DNA from: an uncultured Verrucomicrobiota bacterium
Lineage (GTDB): Bacteria; Verrucomicrobiota; Verrucomicrobiia; Limisphaerales; Palsa-1400
Assembly (NCBI GenBank): GCA_964558455.1
Contig: CAZLEE010000001.1
Coordinates: 4,228-68,227, forward strand
Length of the DNA: 64,000 nucleotides
Direction of reading: 5' to 3'
The position numbers and the translations under genes were made by a program. The notes under the pieces were generated by a model that ran no database searches, was not told the DNA's origin, and saw only the letters and a list, made by a program, of their open reading frames with translations. The number at the start of each line of letters is the position of its first letter. Positions within the stretch are counted from its first letter, which is position 1. This document shows positions 57,209 through 64,000 of this stretch, piece by piece.

Positions 57209-57228
57209 GACCGGACGGTCTGATTCCC

Positions 57229-57477
57229 ATGCTTATCCTTTCCCGCAAACCTGGCGAAAGCATCATCATTGATGGCCGCATCACCGTTCGTGTCATGCGG
57301 CTGGAAGGGGATGTGGTCAAGCTGGGCATCGACGCCCCCAGGGATGTCCCGGTCCATCGCCAGGAGGTTTACGAGGAAATTCAACGCAGTAACAAAGAGG
57401 CCGTGACGGATTCCCACCCCCCGCTGCCCCAACTCATCGTCCAGCCGCCTCCCGCTTCACCGGCTGCCAAGAAATAA
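57229..57477 (+). CDS. csrA: Carbon storage regulator CsrA (flagellar type with C-terminal extension)
   Basis: MLILSRKPGESIIIDGRITVRVMRLEGDVVKLGIDAPRDVPVHRQEVYEEI, plus a Pro-rich tail. Confidence 0.9.
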   Translation: MLILSRKPGESIIIDGRITVRVMRLEGDVVKLGIDAPRDVPVHRQEVYEEIQRSNKEAVTDSHPPLPQLIVQPPPASPAAKK

Positions 57478-57511
57478 CCCGCGCCAGCGCGTCACTGATT
57501 CGCTGCAATCT

Positions 57512-57525
57512 GGTTGTTTTTGCCT
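57512..57525 (+). promoter_or_regulatory. Shared upstream element GGTTGTTTTTGCCT (copy 2, 75 bp before the -24 element of the glycosyltransferase gene)
   Basis: Exact 14-mer match to 56630-56643. Confidence 0.4.
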
Positions 57526-57599
57526 ACCTCGGTTCGTTTTTTGACCAGGGAAGGGCTGTTTCCGACGGTTTGCCCGGCAGGGAGGTTCCCTTCAACTGG

Positions 57600-57615
57600 T
57601 GGCATATTCTTTGCT
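57600..57615 (+). promoter_or_regulatory. Sigma54 promoter of the giant glycosyltransferase gene
   Basis: TGGCAT-attct-TTGCT-TAAC, versus TGGCAC-aatct-TTGCT-AAAC at fliW. It lies 29 nt before the ATG at 57644. Confidence 0.65.
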
Positions 57616-57643
57616 TAACCTGTTCAAGGTATTCTCACATAAC

Positions 57644-60600
57644 ATGGAAATCGTCACCAATACACATCAGCCGGAAAATTTAATCAATTTGCGCAATGCG
57701 GCGCCGATGGTCTCCGCCATTATTTCCACTTATAACTCCGAGCTGTTCATGCGAAGTTGTATGGAGGATTTGATCGGCCAGACGCTGTTTGCGGCCGGGC
57801 AATTGGAAATCATCGTGGTGGATTCCTGCTCGCCCCAAAACGAAAAAGCCATTGTGGAGGAGTTTCAACAAAAATTCCCGAACATCGTTTATATCCGGAC
57901 CAAGGAGCGGGAAACAATTTTTGCGGCATGGAATCGCGCCTTGCTGGTGGCTCGCGGCCGCCTAATCACGTACGTCTGCACGGATGACCCGCACCGTCCC
58001 GATGCGTTGGAGCAGATGGCACGCGCCCTGGATGCCAATCCGCAGGCTGATGTGGTTTATGGTGACAGTTATGTGACTTGCGAACCCAACGCCGGCTGGG
58101 GTAAAGCCAGTATCAAAGGCCGGTTCTTCTGGCCGGACTTTGATGTGCGGTTGCTTTTCGATGTGTGTAACATGGGGCCGCAGCCTCTCTGGCGGCGTAG
58201 TGTGCATGACAGGTTTGGTCCCTTTGACCCCGATTACCGTTCGGCGGGCGATTATGAATACTGGCTTCGCCTGGCCGCAGCCGGCTGCAAGATGGTCCAT
58301 CTGCCGGACGTGGTGGGCCTCTATCTGGAACGACCGGATAGCGTCTCGCTTTCGGACGGAAACCTGAATTGGCGGGAATCGGAAAAAGCCCGTAACCGCT
58401 ATTGGCCGGTTGCCTGGGGGCCGCGTCCCGCAACGAAGTGGTATTCGTGTGAGAAGCCCGTGGCGAGCCTGCCCGGCGCTAAACCTTTGCGCGTATTGAT
58501 CGCTTGCGATTATTTCTGGCCCTCCGTGGGAGGAGTGGAATTGTACGTGGAGGATTTGGGAAAAAACCTCCAGGCCGCCGGCTGCGCGGTCGAGGTGGCG
58601 TGCCGGTCACTGCAGGAACGCTCCGCCACCGAACATGCCGGACTCAAAATTCACCAATTCGAGTGTGTCAATCAACACGGCTTCGCGCTCACTGACGCGG
58701 CCGCAACCCGCCTGCACAAGTTGCTGGCCGGGAAAAAATTCGACTGCGTGATCGTGCTTTCGCAGCCCAATAACTGGCTGGCAGCGTTGGTTTGGACGGC
58801 GAAAAACGCCGGCCTTAAGGTCGTCTTTCTCCCCAGCATCAATGAAACGGATTTGAACCAATGGCGCCAACAGGGTTTGATTGACAAGATGGCCGGGCTT
58901 CTCAAGGTTCCTGGCGAGTTGGTGGCGGTCACGGAGCATGGACGGGATATGCAGTTCATTAACGAGGCTGGCAGGGTTGCAACCTATATCCCGCACGCGG
59001 TGGAACAGGACGCGGACGGGCAGAATTTCCGGCGCCGCGCCGGCCTCGACCCCGATCTTCCTTTGTTGGTCATGGTGGCCAATTTCTGGCCGGTCAAGAA
59101 TCACCTGGAACTCCTCAACGTCCTCCAACGCAGTCAGGGCGACTGGCAATTGGCGATCATCGGTCATCGGATCGGCCATTTTGGCGAATACAGCGACCAA
59201 GTGGCCCGCCAGGCGGCTTTGGACCCGCGTGTCAAATTGTTGGGAGGACTCCCTCGCGCGGTGGCTGCTTCCGCCATTCGCGATGCCGACTTGCTGCTCG
59301 TGCCTTCGAAGGGCGAAAGCGCCGGACCGCTCGTGGTGTTGCAGGCCATGAGCTACGGCACTGCCTGGATCGCAACGCCCCAGTGCAATGCCGTGGCTGA
59401 TGAGGCCGGTGGCATGGTGGCGGAGCTGAACAAATTTCCCGAGGCGATTCGCGCGCTGCTGGCTGCTCCCGCCAAACGCCGTGAGCTTGGCCAGGCCGGG
59501 CATGAGCATTGGGGACGGTGTTTTACGTGGAAGCAGAGCATCCCCGCCTTCCTGTCCATATTGCGCGGCAATGGTTACGTCCCCAACCTGCGCATGCCAG
59601 CCGATTTGCGGGAAAAGAACCTTGCCATCCAAAAGGAAATCGCCGGATCAGGCGGTTGGAATGTGACCGCGACTCAGCTCCCATCTTCCCCGGCGCCGAC
59701 AGGCGGGTTGCTGGTATCGGTTGTCATCCCCACCTATAATCGAAGCGCCACGCTGATGCTATGCCTTGAAGCGCTGGCGCGCCAGACCGTGCCAGTGTCG
59801 CAGTTTGAGGTCATTGTCTCCGACGACGGTTCCACGGACGACACGGCGGCGCGGGTGGAGGCTTGCCATGCTCCCTTCGCCCTGCGCTATTTGCGCCAAA
59901 AAAATTCCGGCCCGGCGGCGGCGCGGAACCGCGCCATCGAGCAGGCGCGCGGCCATTATCTCTTTATTCTGAACGACGACGCCGTCCTGGAACCGGATGC
60001 GATGGCGCTGCATCTGGCGACACATCAAAACCATCTCGGAGAAAAGATTGCGGTGTTGGGCCGCTTCTCCTTCCCCTCAACCTTGACAGCGGCCCCGTTT
60101 GGATACGCGTTGGAACATTCTGATCTGCTCTTTACTTATGTGCATTTGAAAGCGGGCGGGAAACATGATTACAACTCCTTCTTCACCTGCAATATTTCAC
60201 TCCCCCGGCAGGCCGTATTGGACGCGGGCCTGTTTGATGAAATATTCACCGGACCCGCAGCCGAGGATATTGAACTGGGCTACCGGTTATTCCAGCGCGG
60301 TTACGAGGTGGTTTACGAGCCGCGGTGCGTGGCCTGGCATCATCATGACATGACGCCGGAAGGGTTTTGCCGCGTCCACCATACCCGTGGCGAAGGGGCG
60401 ATCACGCTGATGCTCAAACAGCCGGACGCGCCATTGTACCGCGGCACGGATTTCGCCGCTCTGCCAGCGTCTCTCGACAACCTCAAAAAGAAGTTCCCGT
60501 CCGTGAAGTCCGTTGTTTCGCTGTTGAACAAGGTAAATGCCGATGCGGTTCCAGACGCCAAAACGTTGAACGACCGTGCCGAACAAATGGTGCAATTGCT

Positions 60601-63600
60601 GCGTTTTTTGCAATGTTACCACGAACTGGAAGGGATGCTTGCCAGTCCGCGACTTCCGGAACTGATTGAACTCCGCCGGAAACGACAACAGAAGATTAGC
60701 GACGCATCCCCGGCGCCGATCGTGTCCGTGATCATCCCCTGTTACAATTACGCCCACCTTTTGACCGAGGCGGTGGAGAGCGTGCTGCAACAGACTTTCC
60801 AAGGCTTTGAAATTATTATTGTCAACGACGGCAGCCCCGATGACACGGTCGAGGTGGCCAACCATTTGATCCGGCGGGATGCCGGCAATCACCGCATAAA
60901 GCTGATCTCTCAGGCCAATTCCGGCCAGCCCGCCGCCGCCCGCAATACAGGCATCAAGGCCGCTGTCGGTGAATACATTCTTCCGCTGGATGCCGATGAC
61001 AAGATCGCGCCGGATTTTCTGGAAAAAACCGTGGCCGTCCTGCGGTCTTCGCCCGAAATTGGCGTGGCCTACACCCATATCCAGCATTTTGGCGCGATCC
61101 AGAGTGTTTACACTTGCGGACCCTTTGAAGCTGCAGTCTTGGCGCAGGACAATGTCCTGCCTTATTGCGCGCTTTATCGCCGCCGCCTTTGGGAGAAAGT
61201 GGGTGGCTATCCCCTGATGGGATATGAGGACTGGGATTTTTGGTTGACTCTGGCCGAGCGCGGCTGCCAGGGCCGGCTCGTGCCGGAACCGCTTTTCTGC
61301 TACCGGAAACACGAACGGGGCATGCTTAGTCAGTTCAACCAAAAAAGGCAGCGGTTGCTGGCGCAAATAATCCGCAACCATCCCAAACTTTATGCCGGGG
61401 CCGGTCAGAAAACCGTTCAGGAATTGCCCCAAAAAACTCCCGCCGGTTCCACGCGCGTGCCCCTGCGCGTCACTTATCTGATTACAAGCATCCTGGGCGT
61501 GACCGGGGGCAATCAAACCCTCCTGCGCCAGGCGGAGGAAATGCGTCGGCGCGGCCATGACGTGACGATTGTCACTTACACTCCCAAGCCGGATTGGTTC
61601 CGGTTTCAAATGCGCGTCATTCAGGCGCCGCCCGGACAGCCGCTCGCCGGCTATGTTCCACCAAGCGATGTCGTCGTGGCCACCTATTTCGTCAATGCGC
61701 CGGAACTCATGGCCGTCAAGGCGCCGGTCAAAATATATTACGCGCAAGGCGACCAGTTCATTTTCAATGACACGACCATGGCCGACACGGCGGAGAACCG
61801 CCAATGGCGCAAGCTTTCCCGCGCTTCCTACGAACTGCCCGGCATCCGTTTTGTGCCTAATTCGCGCAATCTCGCCCAGGCGGTGCAAGCCCTTTGCGGA
61901 CGGCGTCCCGACGCCATCCTGCCGGTCTGCACGGACCAGACCATTTTCCGCCCGTTGCGCAAATCAGCCCCGGGATCGAGATGCCGCATCTTGATTGTCG
62001 GCCCGGACGCGCGCGGCACGGCGATTGAGCCGCTTTTGTTCAAGGGCATCGCCGACATCCACGACGGGTTGCAAATCCTGGCGCGCCAATATCCGCATTT
62101 TACCGCCGTGCGCATGTCTTCCGGGCCGCCCGATATTTTTGCGCGTTTCCCCTGCGAGTATTACATCGCACCCGATGATGAGACCAAGACGGCCTTGTTC
62201 GGCTTGGCGGACATCCTGGTTTACGCCTCTCATTATGACTCCTGTCCGCGTCCGCCGCAGGAGGCGATGGCGGCGGGATGCGCCGTCATTTGCACCGCCA
62301 CAGCCGGCGCGCTGGAGTATTGCCGCGACGGCGAAAACGCCCTGCTTATTCCGGTCAAATCGCCCGAGGCCATTGCCGGGGCGGTGGAACGACTCGTCCG
62401 TGATCCCGCCTTGCGCGAAAAATTGGCCGCCGGCGGCCTGGCCACCGCGCGCGAATATCCCCGCGAGCGCGAATGGAACGAGTGGGAGAATATACTTTAC
62501 AAATTCATGGGCGAAGCGGCTGGCTCCGTCCCGGCCAAACCGGCCAAATCCGCCGCGGGCATTGTGCTGCCGCCCTGCGCGCTGGAGGGACATCTGGGGC
62601 CTGCGCGCGAATTGTTGAACAAGAAAAATCTTCGCGCCGTCTGCGAATCCGCCTGCGCGGCTCTCAAAGTCCGTCCCTTCCATCCGGAAGCCTGGCTTTT
62701 AATCGGTAAAGCGGCGCAAGCGGCGGGCGATTCCGTCTCTGCGCGCCAATGCGGACAGCGCGCCGCGCAATTCGCCCCCGATTGGAAACCGGCCCGCCAA
62801 TTTCTTAAAACGATCCGTCCCGGCAACAGCAAGGCCGCATGGCTGGCGCTTCCGCCGGGCGTCTCGGAGAATACGCCCCCGCGTCTGACCGTTTGTTTGA
62901 TTGTAAAAAACGAGGAGCGGTTCCTGGCCCGGTGCCTGCGCTCGGTGCGCGACATTGCGCGGCAGATTATTGTGGTTGATACCGGTTCCACCGACAAGAC
63001 CGTGGCCATTGCCCGGGAATTCAAGGCGGAGGTTTATTCATTCGCCTGGAACGACGACTTCAGCGCGGCGCGGAACGAGGCCTTGCGCCATGCCACGGGC
63101 GATTGGATTCTGAGTCTGGATGCGGACGAGGAATTGCTGCCGGAGCATCAGCAGACCATTTTGCAGGAAATGCAGTCGGCCAAGGTGATTGGCTACCGGC
63201 TGCCGATTCTGAACGAAGGCTTGGAAGCGGAGGGTTGCAGCTACGTGCCGCGCCTGTTCCGCAATGCGCCCGGACTTTTCTTTGTCGGGCGGGTTCACGA
63301 GCAGGTTTTCAGCAGCATCGAGGTGCGGGCGAGGGAATGGGGTTTGGAACATTGTTTGGGCCGGTCGGTTTTGCTCCACCACGGTTACACCAGCGAAATG
63401 GTGGCAAGCCGGGACAAGGTGGCGCGCAACTTGCGCCTGCTGAAACTGGCCACCGAAGAATTGCCGGACGAACCCAACCTGGTGATGAACCTGGGGCTGG
63501 AGACGATCCGTTCGGGTCGCTTGGTGGAGGGGTTGGGTTATTACCGCGAAGCCTTGCGGCTCATGGCCGCCTTGCCGCCCAAACAGATCATGCCGGAATT

Positions 63601-64000
63601 GCGCGAAACCTTGTTGACACAACTGACCACCAGTTTGCTCGGGGCGCGCCGCCATGCCGAAATCGAGGAGCTTTGGCGGGAGCCTTACGTGAAATCCTTT
63701 GAGATGACGGCGTCGCAGCATTTCATGCTCGGACTGGCCTGCATGGAATTAAAACAGCCCGCGGCGGCGGCCGAACACATGCGCGCCTGCCTGGCCAATC
63801 GCGCAAAGCCCGCCCTCTCGCCTGTCAATAAACAGATTCTCACCGCCGCCCCCGGCCATTGCCTGGCCCTTTCCCTGGTGGCGCTGCAGCAGGGCGCGAA
63901 GGCGGAGCAGGCCTTTCGCGAGGCGCTGGCGGAGGATCCGAAATCGCGTCCGGCGCGTTTTGATTTTGCCCGGTTCCTCTTTCAACAAGGCCGTCCGCTC
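57644..64000 (+). CDS. Giant multi-module glycosyltransferase (4 GT-A/GT2-like and 2 GT-B/GT4-like modules plus TPR regions), 3' end beyond the window
   Basis: I translated this frame codon by codon from 57644 to 64000 and found 2119 sense codons with no stop. It is absent from the ORF track because there is no stop in the window, and no other ORF is listed in this frame. Module starts are as follows. GT2-a starts about 57707 (MVSAIISTYN; VVDSCS; TDD). GT-B-1 starts about 58487 (LRVLIACDYFWPSVGG...ESAGPLVVLQAMSYG). GT2-b starts about 59708 (VSVVIPTYNRS; SDDGSTD; LNDD). GT2-c starts about 60719 (VSVIIPCYN; VNDGSPD; LDADD). GT-B-2 starts about 61463 (LRVTYLITS...PPQEAMAAGCAVICT..GALEY). A TPR-like region spans about 62580-62810. 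GT2-d starts about 62882 (LTVCLIVKNEE; VDTGSTD; LDADEEL). A second TPR region runs from about 63420 to 64000. Confidence 0.85.
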   Translation, partial: MEIVTNTHQPENLINLRNAAPMVSAIISTYNSELFMRSCMEDLIGQTLFAAGQLEIIVVDSCSPQNEKAIVEEFQQKFPNIVYIRTKERETIFAAWNRALLVARGRLITYVCTDDPHRPDALEQMARALDANPQADVVYGDSYVTCEPNAGWGKASIKGRFFWPDFDVRLLFDVCNMGPQPLWRRSVHDRFGPFDPDYRSAGDYEYWLRLAAAGCKMVHLPDVVGLYLERPDSVSLSDGNLNWRESEKARNRYWPVAWGPRPATKWYSCEKPVASLPGAKPLRVLIACDYFWPSVGGVELYVEDLGKNLQAAGCAVEVACRSLQERSATEHAGLKIHQFECVNQHGFALTDAAATRLHKLLAGKKFDCVIVLSQPNNWLAALVWTAKNAGLKVVFLPSINETDLNQWRQQGLIDKMAGLLKVPGELVAVTEHGRDMQFINEAGRVATYIPHAVEQDADGQNFRRRAGLDPDLPLLVMVANFWPVKNHLELLNVLQRSQGDWQLAIIGHRIGHFGEYSDQVARQAALDPRVKLLGGLPRAVAASAIRDADLLLVPSKGESAGPLVVLQAMSYGTAWIATPQCNAVADEAGGMVAELNKFPEAIRALLAAPAKRRELGQAGHEHWGRCFTWKQSIPAFLSILRGNGYVPNLRMPADLREKNLAIQKEIAGSGGWNVTATQLPSSPAPTGGLLVSVVIPTYNRSATLMLCLEALARQTVPVSQFEVIVSDDGSTDDTAARVEACHAPFALRYLRQKNSGPAAARNRAIEQARGHYLFILNDDAVLEPDAMALHLATHQNHLGEKIAVLGRFSFPSTLTAAPFGYALEHSDLLFTYVHLKAGGKHDYNSFFTCNISLPRQAVLDAGLFDEIFTGPAAEDIELGYRLFQRGYEVVYEPRCVAWHHHDMTPEGFCRVHHTRGEGAITLMLKQPDAPLYRGTDFAALPASLDNLKKKFPSVKSVVSLLNKVNADAVPDAKTLNDRAEQMVQLLRFLQCYHELEGMLASPRLPELIELRRKRQQKISDASPAPIVSVIIPCYNYAHLLTEAVESVLQQTFQGFEIIIVNDGSPDDTVEVANHLIRRDAGNHRIKLISQANSGQPAAARNTGIKAAVGEYILPLDADDKIAPDFLEKTVAVLRSSPEIGVAYTHIQHFGAIQSVYTCGPFEAAVLAQDNVLPYCALYRRRLWEKVGGYPLMGYEDWDFWLTLAERGCQGRLVPEPLFCYRKHERGMLSQFNQKRQRLLAQIIRNHPKLYAGAGQKTVQELPQKTPAGSTRVPLRVTYLITSILGVTGGNQTLLRQAEEMRRRGHDVTIVTYTPKPDWFRFQMRVIQAPPGQPLAGYVPPSDVVVATYFVNAPELMAVKAPVKIYYAQGDQFIFNDTTMADTAENRQWRKLSRASYELPGIRFVPNSRNLAQAVQALCGRRPDAILPVCTDQTIFRPLRKSAPGSRCRILIVGPDARGTAIEPLLFKGIADIHDGLQILARQYPHFTAVRMSSGPPDIFARFPCEYYIAPDDETKTALFGLADILVYASHYDSCPRPPQEAMAAGCAVICTATAGALEYCRDGENALLIPVKSPEAIAGAVERLVRDPALREKLAAGGLATAREYPREREWNEWENILYKFMGEAAGSVPAKPAKSAAGIVLPPCALEGHLGPARELLNKKNLRAVCESACAALKVRPFHPEAWLLIGKAAQAAGDSVSARQCGQRAAQFAPDWKPARQFLKTIRPGNSKAAWLALPPGVSENTPPRLTVCLIVKNEERFLARCLRSVRDIARQIIVVDTGSTDKTVAIAREFKAEVYSFAWNDDFSAARNEALRHATGDWILSLDADEELLPEHQQTILQEMQSAKVIGYRLPILNEGLEAEGCSYVPRLFRNAPGLFFVGRVHEQVFSSIEVRAREWGLEHCLGRSVLLHHGYTSEMVASRDKVARNLRLLKLATEELPDEPNLVMNLGLETIRSGRLVEGLGYYREALRLMAALPPKQIMPELRETLLTQLTTSLLGARRHAEIEELWREPYVKSFEMTASQHFMLGLACMELKQPAAAAEHMRACLANRAKPALSPVNKQILTAAPGHCLALSLVALQQGAKAEQAFREALAEDPKSRPARFDFARFLFQQGRPL

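Noticed and set aside
57599-57643. An alternative GTG start at 57599 for the giant GT ORF, preceded by GGAGG at 57581-57585.
   Set aside because: It would place the start codon inside or upstream of the sigma54 promoter at 57600-57615. The first ATG at 57644 sits at the same short distance from the promoter as the other sigma54-driven genes here.

Overview
This is a 64-kb window of a moderately GC-rich bacterial chromosome. The gene content suggests a PVC-superphylum or Verrucomicrobia-like organism: a prepilin-like 'DGS' protein, a TAT-exported Gfo/Idh/MocA enzyme and autotransporter-associated beta-strand repeats. That assignment is inference only. Bases 1-25,200 carry housekeeping and envelope or glycan genes. 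These are a partial PPK2, a serine hydrolase, a discoidin protein, two translationally coupled hybrid histidine kinases, an oxidoreductase, rplU-rpmA-obg-ychF and a prepilin-like gene behind a sigma54-type promoter. The same stretch also holds an SDR epimerase, a 1023-aa GH25 muramidase fused to surface-repeat domains, two ABC-2 permeases, maf, hisD, a GH78 rhamnosidase, murJ and a C39-like peptidase. Bases 25,330-55,087 are one co-directional flagellar supercluster of 35 tightly packed genes, from flgBC-fliEF-fliHIJ through flhBAF-fliA-motAB to flgKL. It is followed by a divergent cheD-HDOD pair, then fliW-csrA, and finally one uninterrupted ORF running from 57644 past the window end. That ORF is at least 2119 codons and chains six glycosyltransferase catalytic modules plus TPR regions. 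It is absent from the supplied ORF track because it has no stop in the window. The main leads are as follows. (1) The six-module glycosyltransferase mega-ORF sits behind a sigma54 promoter nearly identical to the fliW promoter. (2) The FliK hook-length ruler is 1074 aa and contains about 36 tandem 13-17-aa units built from near-identical 267/315-bp DNA repeats, next to a very short FlgE. (3) Five matching sigma54 (-24/-12) promoters are present, along with a shared 14-nt upstream element. (4) fliG, flhG, flgM and all filament genes are missing from an otherwise complete cluster, and small unknown ORFs occupy some of the vacant positions. All functional calls come from reading the translations and motifs by eye; no database search was run.
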